Origin: Spirochaetia bacterium
GTDB lineage: Bacteria; Spirochaetota; Spirochaetia; UBA9216
Length of the DNA stretch: 64,000 bases
Assembly (NCBI GenBank): GCA_965140585.1
Contig: OZ223272.1
Span: 352,001-416,000, forward strand
Reading direction: 5' to 3'
Below are positions 1 to 13,220 of the stretch, one piece after another (position 1 is the first letter of the stretch; the number at the start of each line of letters is the position of its first letter). A program made the translations under genes and the position numbers. Under the pieces are notes generated by a model. The model had not been told where the DNA came from, searched no databases, and saw only the letters and a program-made list of their open reading frames with translations.

Positions 1-2
1 CT

Positions 3-455
3 TCACTCATACCTGACATGAAAATAGGCGTGACACCCCAGCAGCTTATAAGTTTGTTTGATGCATATAAAACAGATGGAACTGTCACTTACAGAATTAT
101 TAGATCAATAGATTTTCTTTTTCCGGCAGTATATGCATTAATGCTTTCTATTATTCTAAATTTTATTTATCGTATAAAATACAGCGAACCGGCAAATTAC
201 CGCTGGATTCTTCTTACTCCGTTATTCGGTGCAATCTTTGACTATACCGAAAATGTAACGCTGATAATATTAAATTTTTCACATAATTTAATCAATAATT
301 ACAGTGCGATTATTCTAGGCGTATTCACAGCTTTAAAATTCATTCTGCTTGGCCTAAGTATATTTCTTGCTGTTACCGGCGCGATTTCCAACTTTAAAGG
401 CAGCGACAGCGCCTTTTTGACTATGAATCCTTTCAGGAGAAATAAAAAAGATTGA
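3..455 (+). CDS. Hypothetical multi-pass membrane protein, 5'-truncated by the window edge
   Basis: The frame is open upstream of the ATG at 18 (SLIPD-MKIG). Three hydrophobic segments with 'DFLFPAVY' and 'FDYTEN' motifs. Confidence 0.7.
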   Translation, partial: SLIPDMKIGVTPQQLISLFDAYKTDGTVTYRIIRSIDFLFPAVYALMLSIILNFIYRIKYSEPANYRWILLTPLFGAIFDYTENVTLIILNFSHNLINNYSAIILGVFTALKFILLGLSIFLAVTGAISNFKGSDSAFLTMNPFRRNKKD

Positions 456-1357
456 ATAGCAGTGTTTTATTTTTTAAAGCCGAGGATAATACTGAAATCT
501 GTTATCACCTCTGTAAACCATCATTCCCGGTTAAAGCCCGCGGACTTATGATAATACTTCACGGTATGGGCGAATATAAGGAAAGATATCTATATACAGC
601 ACAATATCTGTGCTCAAGAGGATTCATCTGTATAATTCCCGACTTAAGAGGTCATGGTGATTCAAAAGCAGAAAACACCTCTATTTCGAGTATTGTAAAT
701 GATGTATATATTCTTCACACTCTAATAAAAAGCGAGTATCCCAAACTTACATTGCATATTCTCGGACACAGTTTTGGTTCTTTTATCACACTTCAGTATG
801 CCGTCAATTACGGTACATCTTTAAACGGGATAATACTTTCCGGAACAGGCGGTATTTCCCAGTTAAAGACTTTCGCCGGACTGTTTATAGCCGGTCTGAC
901 TGGCGGATGGTATAAGAGTAAAAAAAACAGTTTGCTCGTAAATTTTTTAAGCTTTGCTGATTTTAACCGCAGAATCAAACATCCGAAAACTTTTTTCGAT
1001 TGGATATGCTCCGATGAAAAGGTAGTTGAAGATTTTATTGAAAATCGCGGTCGGGGACTCGCAATGTACAGCTCTTCATTCTATTTGGACCTTATAGAAC
1101 TGATGAAAGAAATACATTCTTCAAAAAATCTGAAAAGAATCCCGGAGAATACATCAATCCTGCTTATATCCGGAACAGAAGACCCAGTAGGAAGATATGG
1201 TAAAGAGGTTAAAAAATTAGGCGACAGTCTACGTTCATCAGGAAACAATGATGTAACTATAAAAGTCTACAAAGGCGCCCGCCACGAAATACTGAATGAA
1301 CCTTTAAAAGATGAGGTTTTGGCTGATATTCAGGACTGGCTTAATATCCGCCTGTGA
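452..1357 (+). CDS. Alpha/beta hydrolase, lysophospholipase/monoacylglycerol lipase family
   Basis: HGMGE, DLRGHG, GHSFG nucleophile elbow, GTEDP and ARHE. TTG start overlaps the previous stop. Confidence 0.85.
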   Translation: MNSSVLFFKAEDNTEICYHLCKPSFPVKARGLMIILHGMGEYKERYLYTAQYLCSRGFICIIPDLRGHGDSKAENTSISSIVNDVYILHTLIKSEYPKLTLHILGHSFGSFITLQYAVNYGTSLNGIILSGTGGISQLKTFAGLFIAGLTGGWYKSKKNSLLVNFLSFADFNRRIKHPKTFFDWICSDEKVVEDFIENRGRGLAMYSSSFYLDLIELMKEIHSSKNLKRIPENTSILLISGTEDPVGRYGKEVKKLGDSLRSSGNNDVTIKVYKGARHEILNEPLKDEVLADIQDWLNIRL

Positions 1358-1362
1358 ATATT

Positions 1363-1701
1363 CTACTCCTCTGTAAATCTGACCGTTAGTGGCCATAAGA
1401 TAGTTCCAGGCAGCTGGTTTACATCAATATCAACACCTTCATCTGTCCATGCACCAGAGTATAATAACTCTTTTTCAGATCCAATACCCCATAGTTCGAC
1501 ATCATCCAGGGTTAAATCAGATTCTGCAGCTATTTCAGCTGTCACCATATTATCTGCACCATTATCTTTAGAGCCGTCACGGTATTCGAAAAATACAGTA
1601 TATTCAGTTTCATTAATTAAAAGAATTGAATTACCGGATAAATTGCATCCAAATAAAATAAATGATATAAGGATAAGAATTAATAAATTTAACTTTTTCA
1701 T
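1363..1701 (-). CDS. Hypothetical lipoprotein
   Basis: MKK plus hydrophobic core plus LFGC lipobox. GGAG RBS upstream. Confidence 0.7.
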   Translation of the reverse strand: MKKLNLLILILISFILFGCNLSGNSILLINETEYTVFFEYRDGSKDNGADNMVTAEIAAESDLTLDDVELWGIGSEKELLYSGAWTDEGVDIDVNQLPGTILWPLTVRFTEE

Positions 1702-1848
1702 ATTTTTTCTCCAGGAATTATTTTAACTTCAATTAATAAATAAGTACAGTTCATTTTAGCGGTATTCAAATTCTAAGAATGATAGTCTCTTTTTTACTTT
1801 AACAGATCACAAAACTAAGCTACCAACTTTTTATTAAATATAAAAAAA

Positions 1849-1930
1849 GCCTGGCAGAGACGCCGAAGGCTTCTCCAATGACCGGAGAAAGTAGCGTTGC
1901 TACTATTTATTCTCAGCCATCCTTCCAGAC
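1849..1930 (-). ncRNA. Candidate structured RNA: miniature 5S-like three-way-junction element followed by a U7 tract
   Basis: Ends GTCTGG...CCAGGC-TTTTTTTAT are identical to the ends of the real 5S gene. The interior folds by eye into two helical arms (see findings). Confidence 0.4.
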
Positions 1931-1974
1931 TATCTATTATCTCTAAGCACTCAATTTTACTTGAGAACTTTCTC

Positions 1975-2057
1975 TGAAGTTTGGTGTTACCAAACTTCAA
2001 GTTCTTCTTAGGTCTTATATTTTATTTTCGCAGAACAGAAGTTCTGTGAAAATAAAA
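1975..2057. repeat. Two long inverted repeats in the rrn trailer
   Basis: TGAAGTTTGGT-gtt-ACCAAACTTCA (1975-1999) and TTTTATTTTCGCAGAAC-agaa-GTTCTGTGAAAATAAAA (2020-2057). Neither is followed by a U-run on the rRNA strand. Confidence 0.7.
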
Positions 2058-2060
2058 AAA

Positions 2061-2170
<110 letters not shown>

Positions 2171-2352
2171 TAATTATTCAAAAATAATTTATCGAAATGG
2201 ATGTTTTACTCGCAGAGTAAAACTCCATTATGATTTTACAAAGTAAAATCATACAGGGATTGAGTATTGGGCACGATAGGTTGCTATTCACAGGACTCTA
2301 TAGTCCATGCAGCCTATTGGCTCAATTCTCTGGGAATTGATTAAGGGGAAAT

Positions 2353-5343
<2,991 letters not shown>

Positions 5344-5431
5344 ATTACCTCTTAACCCTTCCCTATACTTATCCACTCCCTGTTATATGGATAAGTTTTC
5401 AAAACTGTATTATTTCAACAGTCTTTATCTA

Positions 5432-5443
5432 TTTTAAAGAACA
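5432..5443 (-). promoter_or_regulatory. Spacer boxA antitermination element
   Basis: TGTTCTTTAAAA upstream of 23S. The 11-mer TTCATTGTTCT is shared with the 16S leader (7494-7504). Confidence 0.6.
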
Positions 5444-5530
5444 ATGAAAACATAAGGTTTTCAGTATCTTGCCTACTTAAAGGCCCGAAAAAATCAGCTA
5501 TTACTTATAGAAGCAATAGCCTACTTAAAT

Positions 5531-5604
<74 letters not shown>

Positions 5605-5821
5605 ATTAAAGTACCAAAGCACTTTAAAGTATAAAAAAGGAAGAAAGAGAACGGAGATGCAGCAAGCTGCATCTCGGAAATATAGCAAGCTATATTTCGC
5701 TGTGTTGTTTTTGCCTAACAGGCTGTTTTTCCATGACTATTAAAGCGTTAAAGCTTGTAAACAAACTCTAAGCTAAGTTTTAAACCGAAGTTTTCTAACT
5801 TAGTCACGTTCCTTTCACATT

Positions 5822-7360
<1,539 letters not shown>

Positions 7361-7488
7361 ATAATTTGCTAAACATAAAGTTCAGCAATTTTAATCCTAA
7401 CAATTGACGGTTCGCACTATCTACTATATTTCAAGTAGCTCAGTATCAAACCTACTTAACACAGGCTCTCTTTCCTTCCCTAATATCT

Positions 7489-7499
7489 GTTTTAGAACA
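7489..7499 (-). promoter_or_regulatory. Leader boxA-like element
   Basis: TGTTCTAAAAC between P2 and 16S, in the same TTCATTGTTCT context as the spacer boxA. Confidence 0.5.
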
Positions 7500-7540
7500 A
7501 TGAACGCGACAATAACTCATCATTATCAGCGCGGAGGTAC

Positions 7541-7569
7541 ATACTACCAATTACCGTTATTTGTGTCAA
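7541..7569 (-). promoter_or_regulatory. rrn promoter P2 (sigma70-type)
   Basis: TTGACA-17 nt-TAGTAT, with TGG before the -10 (extended -10). Confidence 0.75.
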
Positions 7570-7641
7570 GAAACGAAACCGTTATTCTCTGACTTTTCTC
7601 AGTCAGTTTCAAACAATTTGTTGTTCTGACGTGTGATGATG

Positions 7642-7670
7642 AATATATAGAAAAGGCCTTTTTATGTCAA
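7642..7670 (-). promoter_or_regulatory. rrn promoter P1 (sigma70-type)
   Basis: TTGACA-17 nt-TATATT, with AT-rich upstream sequence. Confidence 0.7.
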
Positions 7671-7837
7671 CAGAATCCTAAAAAATCTTTGATAAAATTC
7701 ACGAATTTATCAGTTTTTCTATTAAATTAAATTCTTTCAAAATAACCAGTTAGCTAAACACGAAAAAGCTAAAGTATGCTCAAAACTATGCCGAAATACA
7801 AGAATTTATGACCATATCACTTTGATAAAAATACCTG

Positions 7838-8332
7838 TCAAAATTCAGCATGAAGAGGGAGCTGCCAGTACCCTACATCTATCCACTTGCCAAACTTATA
7901 GCCGACTTCATAAATATGGCCGACTTTTTTAAAACCGTAACGTTCATGAAGTTTAACACTCTTTTCATTCGGTAAAGCAATAATTCCGGTAGCCGAATGA
8001 AAGTTCCGATGCTTCAGTTCTTCAAGCAGAGACTGCATAAGCGCAGAACCTGCACCCTGCCGCTGACGATCCTTATCAACATAAATTGAAAGTTCAACCG
8101 TAAACCGGTAAGCCTCACGGGGACGAAAACGGGCAGCATAAGCATAGCCGATAACCTCACCTTCATGTTCGTACACAAAATAAGGAAAGGTCTCTGAGAT
8201 ACCTGCTATCCTCGCCTGCATCTCATCGACTGTCAAAGATAGTTCTTCAAAGGTAATTACCGTATTTTCAACATAGTAATTATAAATACTGCAGATTCGT
8301 TCAGAATCTGCAGAAGTAACAGGTCGTATCAT
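7838..8332 (-). CDS. GNAT N-acetyltransferase, phosphinothricin/methionine-sulfoximine acetyltransferase-like
   Basis: IYNYYVENTVITFEE, R.AY..TVE.SIYV, QRQGAG and GYKFGKWID motifs. Confidence 0.85.
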   Translation of the reverse strand: MIRPVTSADSERICSIYNYYVENTVITFEELSLTVDEMQARIAGISETFPYFVYEHEGEVIGYAYAARFRPREAYRFTVELSIYVDKDRQRQGAGSALMQSLLEELKHRNFHSATGIIALPNEKSVKLHERYGFKKVGHIYEVGYKFGKWIDVGYWQLPLHAEF

Positions 8333-9028
8333 TTACTTTTTCTGTCCGTAATAGGCACCGGGACCATGCTTCCTGAGGTAATGCTTATCAAGCAGCACCT
8401 GCTGCATCGGCTCAATACCGCCTTCGGTAAACAATGTGCAATGCCAGGCCATCATGGCGACTTCCTCAAGTACAACAGCATTTTCAACTGCATTCTTTGG
8501 TGATTTCCCCCATGTAAAGGGGCCGTGACTGTTCACAAGAACAGCGGGAATCTGATTAGGGTCAAGATCTTTAAATCTTTCTATAATTACGGTACCTGTA
8601 TTCTTTTCGTACTCAGTTTTAATTTCTTCAGAAGTCATTTTTCGTGTGCAGGGGATCTCACCGTAATAATAATCAGCATGAGTTGTTCCAAGGGCGGGAA
8701 CGCCTGCTCCGCACTGTGAAAAAATAGTCGCCCACCGGCTGTGTGTATGCACTATACCGCTGATATCACTGAATTCCTTGTACAGCTCAACGTGAGTCGG
8801 GGTGTCGGATGATGGATTAAGATCTCCTTCAACCTTTTTCCCGTCAAGATCCACAACAACCATGTCTGAAGCTTTCATATCAGAATAACTGACACCGGAC
8901 GGTTTTATAACAACAAGGCCTTTTTCCCGATCAATTCCGGAAACATTTCCCCATGTAAAGGTGATTAATTTATATTCAGGCAGCTCAAGGTTTGCCCTGA
9001 ACACTTCTTCTTTAAGTTCTTCTAACAT
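8333..9028 (-). CDS. araD: L-ribulose-5-phosphate 4-epimerase
   Basis: [30 protein letters not shown] and HYLRKHG..AYYGQ. True start MLEELKEEV with a GGAG RBS. Confidence 0.95.
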   Translation of the reverse strand: MLEELKEEVFRANLELPEYKLITFTWGNVSGIDREKGLVVIKPSGVSYSDMKASDMVVVDLDGKKVEGDLNPSSDTPTHVELYKEFSDISGIVHTHSRWATIFSQCGAGVPALGTTHADYYYGEIPCTRKMTSEEIKTEYEKNTGTVIIERFKDLDPNQIPAVLVNSHGPFTWGKSPKNAVENAVVLEEVAMMAWHCTLFTEGGIEPMQQVLLDKHYLRKHGPGAYYGQKK

Positions 9029-9069
9029 AAGCACTACTCCTGTATTTTTTCCGAGTATAACATATTTCC

Positions 9070-9116
9070 TTGCCTTATAGATACTATCAGGGTTAGAATA
9101 TGTTAACGTACACGCA
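9070..9116 (+). promoter_or_regulatory. Promoter and LacI-type operator ahead of the sensor operon
   Basis: TTGCCT-18-TAGAAT directly followed by ATGTTAACGTACACGCA. Its reverse complement TGCGTGTACGTTAACAT matches the operators at 20767 and 20849. Confidence 0.55.
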
Positions 9117-9131
9117 AGGAACAGCTTCTCA

Positions 9132-10142
9132 ATGCCGAAAAAATTTGCATATATCGCATCAGCAATAATCGCCGCATTTATAATCATTAGTATCATACAG
9201 TGCAGAACTCTGACCGGAGTCCCGGAAACCGTTGATAACAGCGACGGCATAATTCTGGGCTTTTCACAGATTGGAGCTGAAAGCGCCTGGCGGAAATGCA
9301 ACACAGAATCAATTAAAAATGCAGCCGGAGAAAGCGGCGTCCAGCTGCTTTTTGAAAACGCCGAACAAAAGCAGGAGAACCAGATAAAGGCACTGCGCTC
9401 ATTTATTGCCTACCAGGTTGATGTAATAGCCTTCGTACCGATAGTTGCAACCGGATGGGATAATATTCTGATTGAAGCCAGGGATGCAGGCATTCCTGTT
9501 CTTATTACAGACAGAAAGATCAAAACCGCAGATGAAAATCTTTATGCCGGGTTTATCGGCACAGATAGTGAACAGGAAGGTCGGAATGCAGCTGCTTTTC
9601 TGATTAAAAAATTCGGACTGTATATAGAAGGAAACCGCACATCCGGGAAAAAGATCCGGGTTATTGAAATAACAGGAACCGAAGGTTCATCAGTAGCTAC
9701 CGGAAGAGCTTCCGGATTCAGAGACGGGATTTCAGAGCATCCTGAAATTGAGATTATCTACAGCATATCAGGAGACTTTCTTCGATCAAAGGGTTATGAA
9801 TTAATGGTTCAGATTCTTGAAAACATCGAGGACATAGACGTCCTGTACTCCCACAATGACGGCATGGCTCTGGGGGCCATCGATTCTATGCATGAGCGGG
9901 GAATTAAACCCGGAACGGATATTGTCATTATCAGCATAGACGCGGAACAGGCGGCCATAGATGCACTGGAACGAGGTGAAATCAACTGTGTTATTGAATG
10001 CAACCCTAAAACAGGCCCCGAAATTATATCACTTAGCCGGCAGCTGGCAAGGGGAGAAACAATTCCAAGGCTGATACATGTAAAAGAAGAGGTTTTTACC
10101 GAATGGGATGATTTATCCGCGCTTGTCCCAAGGGGTTACTGA
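9132..10142 (+). CDS. Sugar-binding protein (YtfQ-like), sensor-associated
   Basis: [29 protein letters not shown] and HNDGMALGA. Co-operonic with the kinase rather than with permeases. Confidence 0.85.
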   Translation: MPKKFAYIASAIIAAFIIISIIQCRTLTGVPETVDNSDGIILGFSQIGAESAWRKCNTESIKNAAGESGVQLLFENAEQKQENQIKALRSFIAYQVDVIAFVPIVATGWDNILIEARDAGIPVLITDRKIKTADENLYAGFIGTDSEQEGRNAAAFLIKKFGLYIEGNRTSGKKIRVIEITGTEGSSVATGRASGFRDGISEHPEIEIIYSISGDFLRSKGYELMVQILENIEDIDVLYSHNDGMALGAIDSMHERGIKPGTDIVIISIDAEQAAIDALERGEINCVIECNPKTGPEIISLSRQLARGETIPRLIHVKEEVFTEWDDLSALVPRGY

Positions 10143-10143
10143 G

Positions 10144-11610
10144 ATGAAACCCCCATCTGAAGCAGCAATATCAGCCGGAAAAAGAAAAACCGCAAGCATA
10201 AGACAGATACTGCAGAGCTCATACATCGTAATTATCTGCCTTATGCTCATAGCCCCGGTAATAAGCATTGCCTCAAGCTGGCTTCAGATTGCACGATATG
10301 ACAGAACTATAACAAACGTAAGCCAGACGAACAGACTGAACCAGATTGTAAAAACAGAGATTTCCAACGAAATATGGGATATCGTTGCAGGCAGCCGGGG
10401 ATTCGATGAAGGCAGGCAGTATGAAATACTCTACGACATAAGCCGCCGGCTTGATTTAATATTTAAAAATACAGAAATTACCGAAAACAGGAGAATGCTT
10501 GAAGTAGCAGGCCGGGCTCTGGATACACTGACCAGATACGTTGACAGGCTGGGGTACCAGATACAGGAGCAATATCCCGTAACCGAAAACGAAGAGATTC
10601 TGGATGAAATACGGGGCGTATCAGAGCTTATATCCGACATACTGCAGGAGTTCATAGTACTGGAAATTGAAGCAGCTTCAATTACAAATGAAAACATAAA
10701 GCAGATATCGGTTATGCTTTCCATCCTGCAAATAATGATAGTAATTTTTGTAATGCTTTTTTCCATTTTTACTCAGCGCTATGTATCAACAACCATAAAC
10801 CTTCCGATAAGAGAGCTCGAAAATTTATCCAGTGAGATTGCATCGGGAAACCTGGCCGCAAGAGCAGATCAGCCGCACGTAGAGGAACTGGATAACCTGA
10901 CTGAAAACCTGAATATCATGGCAGAGAAGATTAAGAAACTTATAGAAGCCAATATCGAGGAACAGAAAAACTTTCAGAAATCTGAAATGAAAGCGCTTCA
11001 GGCACAGATTACTCCGCATTTCCTCTATAATACTCTTGATACAATAGTCTGGCTGGCTGAAGGCCGCAGGCATGATGAGGTTATCGATGTTGCCAGAAAT
11101 TTTTCAAGCTTCTTCCGGACCACACTTAATAAAGGACGCGACTGGACCTCAGTCAAAAACGAATATGAACATGCCTGTAACTATCTTAGCATACAAAAGG
11201 TCCGTTACCGGGACATTCTGAACTATGAGATAGAATTCGATGAATCCATGATGCAGGAATCTATGCTGAAACTGCTTCTTCAACCCATAGTCGAGAATGC
11301 CCTGTACCATGGAATAAAAAACAAAAGAGGTCGCGGAAATCTTCTGGTCAAAGGATGGCGTGAAAACGGATTTCTACGCTTTCGGGTTGATGACGACGGT
11401 ATTGGAATACAGCCTGAGCGGCTTGAGGATATCAAGCATCAAATGAACAGCGAGGCGGATCATTCGGCCGTAGGTGATGTTTACGGGCTTTATAACGTGA
11501 ACAAGCGTCTTGAGCTTTACTACAATGGACGGGCGGCACTTGAAATTCAAAGTGAGTATTTAAAAGGGACTTCTGTTACTTTCAGGGTTCCGGAGGTTGA
11601 AAATGTATAG
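10144..11610 (+). CDS. YesM/LytS-family sensor histidine kinase
   Basis: Two TM segments, HAMP, LQAQITPHFLYNTL, LQPIVENA..HG, DDGIG and GL.NV..RL. Confidence 0.92.
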   Translation: MKPPSEAAISAGKRKTASIRQILQSSYIVIICLMLIAPVISIASSWLQIARYDRTITNVSQTNRLNQIVKTEISNEIWDIVAGSRGFDEGRQYEILYDISRRLDLIFKNTEITENRRMLEVAGRALDTLTRYVDRLGYQIQEQYPVTENEEILDEIRGVSELISDILQEFIVLEIEAASITNENIKQISVMLSILQIMIVIFVMLFSIFTQRYVSTTINLPIRELENLSSEIASGNLAARADQPHVEELDNLTENLNIMAEKIKKLIEANIEEQKNFQKSEMKALQAQITPHFLYNTLDTIVWLAEGRRHDEVIDVARNFSSFFRTTLNKGRDWTSVKNEYEHACNYLSIQKVRYRDILNYEIEFDESMMQESMLKLLLQPIVENALYHGIKNKRGRGNLLVKGWRENGFLRFRVDDDGIGIQPERLEDIKHQMNSEADHSAVGDVYGLYNVNKRLELYYNGRAALEIQSEYLKGTSVTFRVPEVENV

Positions 11611-13195
11611 TGTATTTCTTGTTGAGGATGAGATAGTCACACGGGAAGGAATTAGAAACAGCATCCCTTGGGAAAATACCCGCTACACCCTTGCGGGAGA
11701 GGCCCCGGACGGAGAAATGGCCCTGCATGCGCTTAGAGACATCAAACCCGACATTCTGATCACCGACATTAAAATGCCATTTATGGACGGTCTGACCCTT
11801 GCCAGAATAATCAAAAAAGATCAGCCCTGGCTTAAAATAATCATTCTTTCCGGACATGATGAATTCCAGTACGCAAAGGAAGCAATCTCTATAGGGATTG
11901 AGGAATATCTCTTAAAACCCATATCTGCCGCGGAAATGATATCCACACTGGACAGAGTCGCAGACAGACTTACCGAGGAAAGACGAAGGCTGAATGATCT
12001 TGAAAATCTAAAAAAGAAAGTCAGTACAACAGAAGAGCTGATGAAAGAAAAATGGCTGAGTAGACTGGTCACAGGCCAGACCGATTCAGTCAATGCTATT
12101 GAAACTGCAATGGAATACGGGATAGACCTTATCAGCAGGGGATATGTATGCATGATAACCGAGTTTTATCCGGCCGGAGATGATTATTCAAAATACAGTC
12201 TTGCCCGAGAGGTCATAAATGCTACCCTCAATGGCCGATCCGATGTAATTTCATTTCCTCTGAGCCAGGCAAAGCAGATACTTCTGGTGAAAACAGCGGC
12301 TGAAACCCCGGATGACGGCCTCTATACACTGGCACAGGCGGTTAAGTTCGAAACTGAAAGAAAGACCGGATGCCCGGTTTCCATCGGCATAGGGACCAGA
12401 GCAGAGCACATCAGTGAAATAGTTTATTCCTACACTTCTGCAGACAGGCTGATCCGCTATATGAATATTTCAGGCAAGAGGAACATACTCGGGACAGATG
12501 ATTTAAACTGGGCAATGACTGTAAAGAAGCTTCAGGTAGAGAACGGACATCTCACCGGACAGCTTAAAAGCATCGATTTCGGGGATATTGAAGATTTCAC
12601 GCAATCGTACCTGAAGCTGACAGGAAACAGCGATAACCCTGATACTAACCGGAATTTTCTTTTCCTGCTTCTTAAGGATCTCATCGATTCAGTCTGCGAA
12701 CTGACAAAAGAAATTGGCGGCAGCCCGGCCGGGATAATCACGGAGCTTGATACACATGAAAAAATGCTTGAAGCTTCGGCTTCCGAATCAATTTTCAGGG
12801 GACAGATAAAATCGATGCTCGAGAGATGGATCAATTTCAGGAATTCGATTATCGGGAAAAAGCACAATATCCGGATCCAGGAAGCCAAGCAGTACATTAA
12901 AAAGAATTTCATGAGTCAGGACATCTCGCTTAACTCTGTCGCCTCTTTCGTAAATGTCAGCCCAAATCATTTCAGCACTATATTCTCACAGGAGGTCGGA
13001 AAAACCTTCATTGAGTACCTCACCGCCATCCGGATGGAACACGCCTGCAGGCTTCTTCTTGAAAGCAGTATGAAATGTTCCGACATTGCCTATGAAGCAG
13101 GATACAGCGACCCGCACTACTTCAGCTTTATCTTCAAGAAGAATATGGGAATCTCCCCAAAGGAGTACCGGTCATCCGCGGCAGTAAGAACCTGA
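11603..13195 (+). CDS. YesN-family response regulator (receiver plus AraC HTH)
   Basis: VEDE...TDIKMP...YLLKP receiver and C-terminal AraC domain (GYSDPHYFS..FKK..G.SP..YR). GGAGG RBS. Confidence 0.92.
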   Translation: MYSVFLVEDEIVTREGIRNSIPWENTRYTLAGEAPDGEMALHALRDIKPDILITDIKMPFMDGLTLARIIKKDQPWLKIIILSGHDEFQYAKEAISIGIEEYLLKPISAAEMISTLDRVADRLTEERRRLNDLENLKKKVSTTEELMKEKWLSRLVTGQTDSVNAIETAMEYGIDLISRGYVCMITEFYPAGDDYSKYSLAREVINATLNGRSDVISFPLSQAKQILLVKTAAETPDDGLYTLAQAVKFETERKTGCPVSIGIGTRAEHISEIVYSYTSADRLIRYMNISGKRNILGTDDLNWAMTVKKLQVENGHLTGQLKSIDFGDIEDFTQSYLKLTGNSDNPDTNRNFLFLLLKDLIDSVCELTKEIGGSPAGIITELDTHEKMLEASASESIFRGQIKSMLERWINFRNSIIGKKHNIRIQEAKQYIKKNFMSQDISLNSVASFVNVSPNHFSTIFSQEVGKTFIEYLTAIRMEHACRLLLESSMKCSDIAYEAGYSDPHYFSFIFKKNMGISPKEYRSSAAVRT

Positions 13196-13220
13196 ATTTT
13201 AGCAAATGGTTCAACTTCTA

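Noticed and set aside
1905-1926. GGAAGGATGGCTGAG resembles a tRNA-Ser 5' end
   Set aside because: No D-loop GG, no TTCRA T-loop and no matching acceptor 3' strand, so it is not a tRNA.
1815-2000. 61-aa ORF across the mini-5S element
   Set aside because: TTG start inside a hairpin, no clear RBS, and no recognisable protein features.
9029-9304. 92-aa N-terminal extension of araD in the ORF track
   Set aside because: It overlaps the divergent gene and promoter. Homology and the RBS point to the ATG at 9028.
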